Below, one piece after another: positions 1 through 10,600 of a stretch of 55,851 nt of DNA. Below the pieces are notes generated by a model. The model was not told the DNA's origin and ran no database searches. It saw only the letters and a list, made by a program, of their open reading frames with translations. The position numbers were made by a program, and so were the translations under genes. The first letter of the stretch is position 1, and each line of letters opens with the position of its first letter. Location of the stretch: the NCBI GenBank assembly GCA_001804565.1, contig MHAC01000077.1:1-55851 (forward strand). Reading direction: 5' to 3'. Origin of the DNA: Ignavibacteria bacterium GWF2_33_9 (GTDB lineage: Bacteria; Bacteroidota; Ignavibacteria; Kapaibacteriales; UBA2268).

Positions 1-352
1 AACCACGAAGTGGTTCAAGAAGAGTAACCACGGGTAAAAACCTGCGGGGAGTAATCCCAGCAGAATAACCCCTAGCCACCTCAAAGAGAGGGAACGAATA
101 ATTCCCCTCCTTTGGAGGGGTGGATCCCGATGAAATCGGGAGACGGGGGGATGTATTTATTTACAAATATTAAACAGCCCTGGATTCTTCGCTTTGCTCA
201 GAATGACAGCCAAATCAAAGTCCCTCTCTTTTAGGAGAGGGATTTAGGGAGAGGTGAGAACAAAATCCCCCTAGCCCCTTGTCAAAAAACAGGTGGGAAA
301 ATACAAAGATTTCGGGAGAGTCAGGAATGACAGCCAGAAACCCCCCTAACAA
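1..352. repeat. Cluster of REP-like GC-rich palindromes and short direct repeats
   Basis: Hairpins aaccac-gaa-gtggtt (1-15), cccctcc-ttt-ggagggg (104-120), tcccgat-gaa-atcggga (125-141) and tccctctc-tttt-aggagaggga (221-242). Direct repeats gaatgacagcca (201-212, 325-336) and cccctagcc (69-77, 268-276). No ORF. Confidence 0.7.
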
Positions 353-435
353 CCTTTCACATTCAATAATAAATAGAAACAAATAATTAAAAAAAATCGT
401 ATTAATACGTAATTCAAACTTAAAATGAGAAATAT

Positions 436-1125
436 ATGAAGAACAAATTATTTACTGCATTAACAATTGTAATTTTAACTGTTTTATCTTTACCTTCTGG
501 TGCCTCAGCACAGGAAAAAGTACTATTCGGAGGTTCGTTGCAAAGTGGTGGATATGGTGGTCCCTCCTTAAGTTTCGGACAAATTAATGACGAAATAGGT
601 TTATTCGTAGGTGGAAAAGGTGCATGGGTAATAAATCACACATTTGCTATTGGCATCGGGGGTGAAGGACTTGTTTCTAACCATAAAGTTAAAGGGTATT
701 CCCAGGAAGTTGTATCCTTTTTGAATTATCCTGAAACTACTTATATAGATTCATCTTGGTATCTTTCGGACTTTGGATACGGAGGAGTTTATCTGGAATA
801 TATATATAATTCCAATGAATTAGTTCATCTTACAGGTACTATTCTTATTGGTGGTGGACATCTGGCTTACAATCCTGAACCTATATCCATGAATCAAAAT
901 CATTATCCGCATTATGATTCAGAATATCTGTCTTACGATCGTAAATCTTCTAATTTTTTCGTAATAGAACCTGCGTTAAATGCTGAAATTAATGTTGCAA
1001 AATGGTTTCGGTTTGATGCTGGACTTGGCTATAGATTAGTTTCATCTGTTGATATGCCGAACACAACAAGCGAACAATTGTCAGGATTATACGGTAAAAT
1101 TACGTTCAAATTCGGTAAATTCTAG
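436..1125 (+). CDS. Hypothetical outer-membrane beta-barrel protein
   Basis: Signal peptide (..GASA/QE), Gly/aromatic alternating beta-strands, C-terminal FKFGKF ending in Phe. Confidence 0.7.
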   Translation: MKNKLFTALTIVILTVLSLPSGASAQEKVLFGGSLQSGGYGGPSLSFGQINDEIGLFVGGKGAWVINHTFAIGIGGEGLVSNHKVKGYSQEVVSFLNYPETTYIDSSWYLSDFGYGGVYLEYIYNSNELVHLTGTILIGGGHLAYNPEPISMNQNHYPHYDSEYLSYDRKSSNFFVIEPALNAEINVAKWFRFDAGLGYRLVSSVDMPNTTSEQLSGLYGKITFKFGKF

Positions 1126-1180
1126 TTTCATTTTTTAACAGCGGGAAAAATACATTTTCAAGTTTTCTTACACTTTGAAT

Positions 1181-1212
1181 AAAAAAAAGAGGCGGGGTAA
1201 CCCCACCTCTTC
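1181..1212. terminator. Intrinsic terminator between convergent genes
   Basis: A8-gaggcgggg-taa-ccccacctctt; the U-tract is read on the minus strand downstream of pyrE. Confidence 0.7.
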
Positions 1213-1231
1213 AAGTGTAAATACTATTGTA

Positions 1232-1756
1232 TTAAAAGTTTTTAAGTTCTGTCATTGTGAATAATGGGGTTAGGCTAATTCCTGCTTCTGCAAGAGCTTC
1301 GGGACCGCCTTGTTCTCGGTCAATTACGCAGATTGCATCTTCAACAATAGCACCTCTATTTCTTAATTCACCAACACTTATAATAATTTGTCCACCGCTT
1401 GTTACGACATCTTCCACAATAAGTAATTTATTTCCTGCAATGTTCATACCCTCAGCAATTTTGCAAGTGCCGTATTCTTTCGCTTTTTTGCGAACGAGTA
1501 CCATTGGGATACCGGTACGCAAAGAAATTGCCGTTGCAATCGGGATACCTCCCATTTCCAAAGCGGCAAGGGCATCATATTTGCTAAAATCATAATGTGC
1601 TGCAAATTCATCAGCTATAGCCGCAAGCAGTTCCGGACGTCCTTCGAATTGATATTTATCGAAGTATTCATTACTAATCTTACCTGAACGCAACAAAAAC
1701 TCACCTGTAATATAAGCAGCATCATAAACTGATTTGCAAAGTTCTTCTCTTTTCAT
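1232..1756 (-). CDS. pyrE: Orotate phosphoribosyltransferase
   Basis: GEFLLRSG, LVRKKAKEYGT and PRPP-binding IVEDVVTSGGQ motifs. Confidence 0.95.
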   Translation of the reverse strand: MKREELCKSVYDAAYITGEFLLRSGKISNEYFDKYQFEGRPELLAAIADEFAAHYDFSKYDALAALEMGGIPIATAISLRTGIPMVLVRKKAKEYGTCKIAEGMNIAGNKLLIVEDVVTSGGQIIISVGELRNRGAIVEDAICVIDREQGGPEALAEAGISLTPLFTMTELKNF

Positions 1757-1759
1757 ATT

Positions 1760-3157
1760 TTATTTAGTCTCAATTTGTTCATGTTCTATCACATTAATCG
1801 GCAAATCCGCATAAATGTATGTTGCAACAGCTATTGCAGCAATACATTTGTTGAAAGTCATCGGATCCACCTTTTCCGGGGTGTCTGCCGGTCCGTGATG
1901 ATACCAGAAATATTCATCTGCAAAATCATTTGTAGAGAGTGACATCCCTGTAATTCCCAGACGCATCATTGGTCCGATATCCACTCCTCCTCCTCCTTTA
2001 CGCAAAATCATATCTTTATCTATTCTTTTGAGCAGCGGTTCTATTCCCTTCAGAATTTCGAAATAGGTAGAATCGCCATTGAAACCTATCGCACTTGGAG
2101 TGAAAACACCTGAATCAAATTCTAATACTGCAACATGTGGTTCATTTTTATGCAATTCAGCATATTTTTCCCCTCCACGAGTACCATTTTCTTCGTTCAC
2201 CCAAAAAACAGAGCGTAAAGTTCTGCGTGGGGCAATACCCATTTCTTTCAGTACCTTAAGAACTTGCCATCCGGCAATACAGCCGCTTGCATCATCATGT
2301 GCACCTGAGCTCAAATCCCAACTATCTGAATGTCCGCCAAGTGCCAAAATTTCATTTGGGATTGCAGTGCCTGTCAATTCGGAATATACATTATAGGACA
2401 AAGTATCTTCCAAGGTTTGGCAGGTCAAGTGCAGGTGCAATTTAGGAATTACTCCTCTATCCTGCAACCTTTGCATCAACATTGCATCTTCGTGAGTGAT
2501 TGCGGCATGTGGGATTTTTGGGATAGTATCGTCATATCCCATAACACCGGTATGTAATTTATCGAAGCTAACGGGGCTTACTGAACGAACCAAACTAGCA
2601 ACCGCACCATATTTTGCAGCAGCTATTGCTCCACGGAAACGGTATTGCACAGCTTGACCATAATTAAGGAACTTCACATTATAAACAACTATTTTTCCTT
2701 TTGCAAAAATGGCATTTTTGTCGAGGTCATCAAAATCCTTCACAACCAAAACTTCTGCATCAATTCCATTTTCAGGAGTTGCTACGCTGCGTCCCAATGC
2801 TGAAATTTTAATATTTTTCGATTTTGGAAAAAGTAATTCACATTCTTCTTTGCCACGTTTCCAATTTGGTACCATCACTTCTTCTAGAGTTGGATTTGCC
2901 AATCCATCTTTTTTCATTTCGTTGTATGACCACTGTAAAGAGTGATTTAGCGATTCCGAACCCGAAAATCGAGTGCCGAACATATCGCACATGTAAGCCA
3001 TCCTGTCCCAGGCGGAACTATCCGACATTACTTTCGCAATAATTTTGTCGGCTACTGCGGAATAATGATTGTAAACATAAGCAGAATCGATAACTTCTGC
3101 CTTAGAAGAAAAAATGCTTAATATTAATACAATCAGTAAATAATTTATCTTTTTCAT
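1760..3157 (-). CDS. Secreted M28-family metallopeptidase (carboxypeptidase Q-like, with PA domain)
   Basis: Signal peptide; Zn-ligand motifs GGHSDSW, AHDDASG, NEENG, EFDSG and YHHGPADT. Confidence 0.9.
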   Translation of the reverse strand: MKKINYLLIVLILSIFSSKAEVIDSAYVYNHYSAVADKIIAKVMSDSSAWDRMAYMCDMFGTRFSGSESLNHSLQWSYNEMKKDGLANPTLEEVMVPNWKRGKEECELLFPKSKNIKISALGRSVATPENGIDAEVLVVKDFDDLDKNAIFAKGKIVVYNVKFLNYGQAVQYRFRGAIAAAKYGAVASLVRSVSPVSFDKLHTGVMGYDDTIPKIPHAAITHEDAMLMQRLQDRGVIPKLHLHLTCQTLEDTLSYNVYSELTGTAIPNEILALGGHSDSWDLSSGAHDDASGCIAGWQVLKVLKEMGIAPRRTLRSVFWVNEENGTRGGEKYAELHKNEPHVAVLEFDSGVFTPSAIGFNGDSTYFEILKGIEPLLKRIDKDMILRKGGGGVDIGPMMRLGITGMSLSTNDFADEYFWYHHGPADTPEKVDPMTFNKCIAAIAVATYIYADLPINVIEHEQIETK

Positions 3158-3158
3158 T

Positions 3159-3971
3159 TTATTGCTGTGGTAACTTGGTATAATCTATTTCTGAACCCAA
3201 AACGCTATGTGGAATAAGATAAACAGCAAGCATGATTACCAAAGCAATGAAAGCCCACCAGCGTCTATCCGGATGTTTACGGATTTGCCAAACAGCAAGC
3301 AGCCAGCCAAGTACGCCTGCAAGTGTTTTATTATCAGTCAAATCATGACCGAAGGGCCAGCCTGTCCAAAATGCACCGAATGCATAATATTGAACTAAAG
3401 GACCAAGGATTAAACCGCCGATTGTAATGAAAATTAATGTCCAAAATGATTGCTTATATACTTTACTGCCTTTGAAGAGTGCTTCCAGACCTGTACGCAT
3501 ACCGATTACAAGTGAGAAGAACATAAAGAAAATATGCGGAACCAACACAAAAGAGGGTACTTTACCTTTGAATCGCAGTACGACAGGCTTGTCGGTAAGT
3601 GCAACAGCTTGATTATCTGCTCCGGCAATTGCAATTTTATATTCAACCTTACCGGCAGCAGGCTGTTCGGGAATATCGGCATAAAGAGCGCCATCACGGT
3701 AAGTCATAACTTTGGTAGTCCATTCATCATAACTTTTGTAACGTTTCAAAGTGATGTAACCTGTGTAAGATTCATCAGGTACATTAATCTTAATCAAATC
3801 TATGCCGTCAGTATCTGTACTTCTGGATAATTTGAATTTAATTTCCTGATTGCCGATTGTTATTTTTCCTCTTTGCGGATAAGTTGGGCCGGTCAAGCGC
3901 TGATACACGGCTAATGAACCCATTAACAGAAAGGCCAAAATCCACAAAATGATTGATGTTGATTTTTTCAT
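3159..3971 (-). CDS. Hypothetical membrane protein (N-terminal TM, soluble beta domain, about 4 C-terminal TMs)
   Basis: Hydrophobic segments flank a roughly 110-aa soluble region; 1 bp gap to the M28 gene suggests an operon. Confidence 0.75.
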   Translation of the reverse strand: MKKSTSIILWILAFLLMGSLAVYQRLTGPTYPQRGKITIGNQEIKFKLSRSTDTDGIDLIKINVPDESYTGYITLKRYKSYDEWTTKVMTYRDGALYADIPEQPAAGKVEYKIAIAGADNQAVALTDKPVVLRFKGKVPSFVLVPHIFFMFFSLVIGMRTGLEALFKGSKVYKQSFWTLIFITIGGLILGPLVQYYAFGAFWTGWPFGHDLTDNKTLAGVLGWLLAVWQIRKHPDRRWWAFIALVIMLAVYLIPHSVLGSEIDYTKLPQQ

Positions 3972-4184
3972 TTATATCCTTTTATTATAATTTTACAATT
4001 TTAAAGTTTGCAAATTATAAAAAAAATTAGTTATGGCAAACTTTTCACAAACTATCAAAAGGATTTTTTCTGATTATTTATTTGCAATGTTATGAAAAAT
4101 TATTATTACCAAATTTGAAGCTCAATTGACCTTGCACATACCTATAAAAGCAATCACAATTATCAATTATCTGACTAACTTATC

Positions 4185-4192
4185 TAATTTTG
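4185..4192 (+). promoter_or_regulatory. TAnnTTTG (-7-type) promoter box upstream of the S46 gene
   Basis: taattttg ending 47 bp before the ATG; matches the Bacteroidota housekeeping -7 consensus. AT-rich context limits certainty. Confidence 0.4.
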
Positions 4193-4239
4193 TATAATTA
4201 ACTAAATACAAATTTTGAAAATTTAACAGGCTTATTATA

Positions 4240-6300
4240 ATGAAGAAAATACTCGTATATCTTGCAGCAATCATTTTATTCAATGTTTTTGCACTGCAGG
4301 CAGAAGAAGGAATGTGGACTTATGATAATTTACCGACTGAAGCATTGCAGAAAAATTATGGATTTACTCCTTCTGCAAGTTGGCTTGAACATTTGCGACT
4401 TTCCAGCGTGATGGTTAATGCGGGAGGTTCAGCTTCCTTTGTTTCTCAGGATGGACTTGTGATGACAAATCATCATGTGGGAGTGGGGTATATTCAAAAG
4501 ATTTCTGACGACAAGAATGATTATGTGAAAGATGGTTTTTACGCAAAAGAACAAAAAGACGAAAAGCCGTGTTATAATGCAGTGATGAGTGTGCTGGTAA
4601 ATATGGAAAATGTAACCGAAAGAATTCATAAAGCGATACCTCAGAACGCAACGGCACAAAAAGCTGCAGAAATAAGAAAAGAAGAAATTCGGAAAATCGA
4701 AAAAGAATATTTTGACAAAAATAAATTGAAAACAGATGTAGTGAAATTTTACAATGGCGGAGAATACTGGGTGTATCAGTATAAACAGTATTTCGATATT
4801 CGTCTTGTTTTCGCTCCGGAGCAAAAAATTGCATATTTCGGAGGGGATAACGACAATTTCACTTATCCACGCCACGATTTGGATATTTGTTTTTTCCGTG
4901 TTTACGAAAATGATAAGCCTGCCAAAATCGAAAATTATCTAAAATGGAATGCAAACGGACCAACAGCAGAAGAATTGGTATTCATTAGCGGCCATCCTGC
5001 CGGAACCGACAGATTGAAAACACTGGCGCAACTTGAATATAATCGTGACGTTATGATACCTATGCGTCTGGCAACAATTGATTTACAACTTAATATTCTG
5101 AAACGATTTGCAGAAAGAGGTATAGAGCAGGCACGTCAAGCAAAAATCAAACTCTTTTACCTCGAAAACAGCAAAAAATCTCTGACCGGTCAATTGAAAG
5201 GTTTGAAGGATAATGAATTGATGGCAATTAAGATTCAAAACGAAGAAGAATTTTTGACGAAGATGAAAACGAATTCTGTTTGGGTTGAAAAATATATGGA
5301 TTCATACGAAAAAATTAAATCAACACTCGCAACGAGAAAAGAAGGACAAATCCAAAATTATTACAAGAATTTTTCATCTGAAATTTTTCATAAAGCACTT
5401 GGAATAGTTCGCTACGTTACGGAAATTCAAAAACCTGAAGCAGAAAGATTGCCCGGATATGCAGATGCAGATTTGAAGCATGTGAAAGAAGGACTCACTT
5501 CCGGTGCACCAATTTACAAAGAAATGGATGAAGAACTATCTTTTGCTGATATTAAGATGGGACTTTCCAGAGTCGGAGTTTTTGATAAATTCTGGAAAAC
5601 TGCACTGGAAGGAATGGAACCAAGGGATTTTCTGAATAATTTATTTGCAAATACTAACCTGGAAAATCCTCAGGCAAGACGTGCACTATTATCCGGTGGA
5701 CTCGATGCAATTAATAATTCCAAAGATGCAATGATTAAATTAGCACTTAAACTTGACCCGATAATGCGAGATATAGATAAAGAAAACCGTGAAGATTTCA
5801 ATGACATTATTAGTAAAGCTGAAGAAAAACTTGCAGAAGCACGGTTCGAAATGTTTGGTAAATCCAAATATCCTGATGCGAATTTTACACTCCGCTTAAC
5901 TTATGGTACTGTAACAGGATATCCGTACAACGGAACTATAGCTCCGCCATTCACAACAATGTATGGACTTTTTAATGAGTCATTAGCTTTCGGGGAAAAG
6001 GGAGATTATAAATTGCCCAAGAAATATTGGGATAATTTGAAAAATATAGATTTGTCCACTCCGATGAATTTCGTATCAACCTGCGACATAATAGGAGGAA
6101 ATTCCGGTTCACCTTGTGTGAATAAAAACGGCGAATTAGTTGGAATAGTATTCGACGGTAATATTGAATCACTCCCGGGCAAATTCGTTTATGATATTCG
6201 TAATAATCGTGCAGTAAATGTTGATTCAAAATATATTTTGGAAGTATTGGGCAAGATATACGGAGCAACACGTTTAGTGAAAGAAATAACTGGAAAATAA
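4240..6300 (+). CDS. S46-family dipeptidyl peptidase (DPP7-like)
   Basis: EEGMW N-terminus, TNHHV (His), DNDNF (Asp), GGNSGSP (Ser). FDGN (Gly, not the Arg of DPP11) suggests DPP7-like specificity. Confidence 0.92.
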   Translation: MKKILVYLAAIILFNVFALQAEEGMWTYDNLPTEALQKNYGFTPSASWLEHLRLSSVMVNAGGSASFVSQDGLVMTNHHVGVGYIQKISDDKNDYVKDGFYAKEQKDEKPCYNAVMSVLVNMENVTERIHKAIPQNATAQKAAEIRKEEIRKIEKEYFDKNKLKTDVVKFYNGGEYWVYQYKQYFDIRLVFAPEQKIAYFGGDNDNFTYPRHDLDICFFRVYENDKPAKIENYLKWNANGPTAEELVFISGHPAGTDRLKTLAQLEYNRDVMIPMRLATIDLQLNILKRFAERGIEQARQAKIKLFYLENSKKSLTGQLKGLKDNELMAIKIQNEEEFLTKMKTNSVWVEKYMDSYEKIKSTLATRKEGQIQNYYKNFSSEIFHKALGIVRYVTEIQKPEAERLPGYADADLKHVKEGLTSGAPIYKEMDEELSFADIKMGLSRVGVFDKFWKTALEGMEPRDFLNNLFANTNLENPQARRALLSGGLDAINNSKDAMIKLALKLDPIMRDIDKENREDFNDIISKAEEKLAEARFEMFGKSKYPDANFTLRLTYGTVTGYPYNGTIAPPFTTMYGLFNESLAFGEKGDYKLPKKYWDNLKNIDLSTPMNFVSTCDIIGGNSGSPCVNKNGELVGIVFDGNIESLPGKFVYDIRNNRAVNVDSKYILEVLGKIYGATRLVKEITGK

Positions 6301-6339
6301 AAGTACTTTTTATGTAAATAAACTATTAAACAAAATTTT

Positions 6340-7458
6340 ATGAAAAAATACAAAATTGGCTGGTTACCCGGAGATGGGGTTGGAGTGGACGTTTTGGACG
6401 CTTCGAAAATTATTTTGGATAAGTTGAATTTAGATGCCGAATATATTCATGGAGATATCGGCTGGGAATTTTGGTGCAAAGAAGGTGATGCCTTACCGAA
6501 AAGAACACTTGATTTGCTGTCAAACTGTGATGCCGCACTTTTCGGGGCGATTACTTCCAAGCCTGTGAAAGATGCTGAAAACGAGTTAGTACCTGAACTG
6601 CGAGGCAAAGGACTAATTTACCGCTCTCCCATCGTGAGAATGAGGCAGCTTTTCGATTTATATAACTGCATGCGTCCATGCAAAGCATATGCGGGTAATC
6701 CATTGAATTACAAGGAAGATATTGATATGGTTATCTTCCGTGAAAATACTGAAGATTTATATTCTGGGGTGGAATTCCATCCAGTTCCCGAAGAATTGAA
6801 AGATTTGCTCACGAAACTTTCCCCAAATTTCAAACATTTCAGCAGCTTAAGCGCTGATGAATTTGCAATTTCCTGCAAAGTGAACACGAAAAAAGGTTCT
6901 GAAAAAATCATTCGTGCAGGATTTGAATTTGCTCGAAAACATAATCGCAAAAAAGTGACAATAGTGCATAAAGCTAATGTAGTGCGTGCTGCTGATGGAC
7001 TTTTTCTGGAAAAAGCAAAGGAAATAGCCAAGGAATATCCCGAGATTATTTATGACGAAGCTAATGTTGATGCAATGACAATGTGGCTGATCAAGAATCC
7101 GTACAATTATGATGTATTGATTGCTCCTAATTTATACGGTGATATCATTTCCGATTTAGCTGCTCAATTGGTTGGGGGATTAGGATTTGCCTGTTCAGGA
7201 AATATCGGTGATAAACTTGGAGTTTTCGAGCCGAGTCATGGCTCCGCACCAAAATATGCCGGACAATATAAAGTAAATCCGATTGCCACATTTCTGAGCG
7301 TTAAGATGATGCTGGATTATTTAGGAGAAACTGAAAAGGCGGCAGTTCTAGAAAAAGCTGTAGCAAAAGTGATAGCCGAAGGAAAAATTCGCACTTATGA
7401 TATGGGAGGTAATTCTTCCACACTTGATCTTGCAAATGCTGTTGCTGAATATATTTAA
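6340..7458 (+). CDS. Isocitrate/isopropylmalate/homoisocitrate dehydrogenase family protein
   Basis: LPGDGVG, FRENTEDLY, HKANV, NLYGDIISDLAA and FEPSHGSAPKYAG motifs; substrate not resolvable by eye. Confidence 0.9.
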   Translation: MKKYKIGWLPGDGVGVDVLDASKIILDKLNLDAEYIHGDIGWEFWCKEGDALPKRTLDLLSNCDAALFGAITSKPVKDAENELVPELRGKGLIYRSPIVRMRQLFDLYNCMRPCKAYAGNPLNYKEDIDMVIFRENTEDLYSGVEFHPVPEELKDLLTKLSPNFKHFSSLSADEFAISCKVNTKKGSEKIIRAGFEFARKHNRKKVTIVHKANVVRAADGLFLEKAKEIAKEYPEIIYDEANVDAMTMWLIKNPYNYDVLIAPNLYGDIISDLAAQLVGGLGFACSGNIGDKLGVFEPSHGSAPKYAGQYKVNPIATFLSVKMMLDYLGETEKAAVLEKAVAKVIAEGKIRTYDMGGNSSTLDLANAVAEYI

Positions 7459-7624
7459 ATTATAGTTTTTTTTAGAAAATTATTTGATAAATTTAAAATA
7501 AAGTGAAGTAATAATCTTCTGTGTTTATTGCTTCACTAACAATTGGAGATACTATACAATATTATTATACTTTGTAATAAATTTTAAACTTAAGTGTTTA
7601 TTTAATTTACTTTAAGAGTGAAAT

Positions 7625-10600
7625 ATGTATAGTATGTTCAAAAATAATCAAAAAAAGAACTTTCTACAAAGTAAAATCATGCAAATTGCTGCAATGATGC
7701 TTATTTTGCCATTTACATCTGCATTTTCCGCAACTCAAACTGAAAGTGCAAAATTTGAAGTTATTGAATCTAATTCAAATTATATCCTGATAGACTATAC
7801 TGCACCTGAAGCAAATTATAAAACAATATTCGGTGAAGGCGGTCAAATATTCGAAATGCCTTCAATCTCGGGTGCTTATCCGGATGAACAAAAACCGGGT
7901 ATGCCCAATAAGTTTATACTAACAGCAAATATTTCGGTTCCTGGACCAAATAAATTCAAAGTTGAATATGTAACTGTTTCTTCAATACTGACTCATTCAG
8001 GAATTATGAGTCCATCACCTTATTTGGAAAATGCAGATGAAGTAGCAGTTGAAAAATATAAAATGAATTCAGCTGATTATTCAGCACCTGCCGAAGATTT
8101 TGTGAATGTTTCTTATGCAGGAATTGCCGGCAGCAGACATATTGCAAAAATTACAATTGCCGCTGCAACTTGGGATGGTGTGAAACAAAAGATTTTGCAG
8201 CCACTTAAAATCAGAATAAAAGTATCTTTCGAAAATAATGGCAGCAATTTGGTTTATTCAAATGAAACAGATCGGTTAGCTAAACTCACCACACTGAATT
8301 ATGATCAAACCAAAAACTTCACCATTCCTAGAACATCAGTAAACCAGTCCTTCAAAAAATTAACGCAAAATCAAATTCAGGAAAACTCCAATAATTGGGT
8401 GAAAATTGAAGTTACTGAAGATGGAATCTATAAAATTGATGCAGCACAATTAAATGCGATTGGTGCAGCAATTTCATTGCAGGATGTGAACACAATACAG
8501 CTTTTCGGGAATGGGGGAGTAGAACTTGACGAAAAAGTTTCTTCAGCTCCATCGAATTATATGAAAGAACAGGAAATCCAGGTGAAAACTAAGTCTGATG
8601 GATCTTTGGATTATATTTTGTTTTTTGGTGCCGGAACAACAGGTTTCAATAAAGTCGGCAGCAAAATTCGCAGATATAATAATTCTTTTTCCAATTCAAA
8701 TTACTATATGCTTACCTGGGGAAAAACACAAGGTAAACGTGTAAATCCTAAAGAAGTAACAGGTAACACTAAAAAGGCTCCCGACACTTATTATCATAGA
8801 ACTTGTTTTGAAGAAGAAATTAATAATCCTTTCACAAAAGCATGCGGCCGTACATGGTTTGGTCGTTCAATTTTCTCATCTCCATTTGTAGATATGCTCC
8901 ATAATCTGGATCGTTCTCAACCTGTATTGATGAGATTTTCCCTAGCACACCGTTCAGGGACACAAGGTAATTTTATTATATCTGAGAACAATAAACAAAT
9001 CGATACACTTAGTTTGTATGGTGTTTCACTCAATAGTTATCAGCATTCATACAGATCATTTATTGATATTGAGATTCCTTCAACAGATATCCCTTCAGAT
9101 AATAGAAGTATAATCAAATTAGATTATACCAATCCGAGCAGTCCTACATCTTCTACTGGATTTTTGGATTATTATGAAATTCACTATCCTAGAAGTTTTT
9201 ATGCTATCGATAATGAATTGGAATTTATTGCTGATACTACTTTAAAGGGACTGACTGAATTCACAATTAATGGATTTGCGGGTGATTTAGTCGGATTCGA
9301 TATTTCAGAAATATCAAATCCAAAAATGATTTACAATTCTTCACAAACAAACAGCATATTCATGATTCGTGCAGATTTGGATTCATTTAAACTAAATCAA
9401 TTTTATATTGCAGGAAAAACTAAATCGCCAAAGTTGGAAAAAGTTATTTTCAAAAATATTTTGGAAGATGACGGCTCTAATGCAATTTTAATCACAAATC
9501 AAGGATTGCTCAATTCTGCCGGGAAATTCAAAGAATATCGTGAATCCAAGAGCAATCTGAAAATTAAAATTGTTACAGTTTCTGAAATATATGATGAATG
9601 GAATGCTGGTACTCCGGATATAACTGCAATAAGAGATTATATTGCTTATGCTTATGCAAATTGGGAAAATAAACCTGAGCACTTAATTATTTGGGGAGAC
9701 GGTCATTTCGATTATCGTTCAATTCAATTTAAAACTATCAATCCTGTTCCGGCTTATGAGACACAAGATGAATGGATATATACATTTTCGGAAACAGGAA
9801 GCGAAGATATTTGCACAGATGACTTTTTTGCATGCGTAGCAGGAAATGACCTGATGCCCGAATTATCGTCCGGAAGAATTACAATCAATACTGATGAAGA
9901 AGGTTTGGATATAGTGAACAAGATTAAACACTACGAAAATAATTCATCGGATGATGACTGGAGAATTCGTGTATTTCTCACGGCTGATGATGCAGAAGGT
10001 GAATACAATGATGGAAATACACATGTAAGATATTCAGAGGATCTTTTCAGGGATCATATGCCTAGTGAAGTGATTACAGACAGGCTTTATCTAGTGGAAT
10101 ATCCATCGGAAAATGTACCAGGCGGCAAACGTAAACCACTGGCATCTGAAGCAATGGTATCTTATCTGAACACAACCGGTGGAGTTCTTTGGAATTGGAT
10201 AGGACACGGCAATCCAAGAGTGCTTTCGCACGAATGGTGGTTCAATCGTGATGTGAATGTGGCACAAATGTCTAATTACGATAAATTACCATTTTTCACA
10301 GCTGCCACTTGCGATTTTGGAAGATTTGACGATCCTGACACAAAATCAGGCGCTGAAGAACTTTTCCTGAACAACACAGGAGGAGTGATTGGATTACTTT
10401 CCGCAACAAGAGTTGTTTATGGCGGGCAGAATGCTCAATTCAACAATGCACTTTACGATTTGATATTCAGTCATTATCAATATGGCAGCCAAATGACAAT
10501 CGGACAAATTATTGCTGCTTTGAAACAATCATATTATAAAGATAATGACAGGAAATTTTTCTTGCTTGGCGATCCGACAATGACTTTGCTTATTCCGAAT

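Noticed and set aside
1-352. CRISPR array
   Set aside because: Repeats are of mixed types with irregular spacing and no constant repeat-spacer period; no cas genes in the window.
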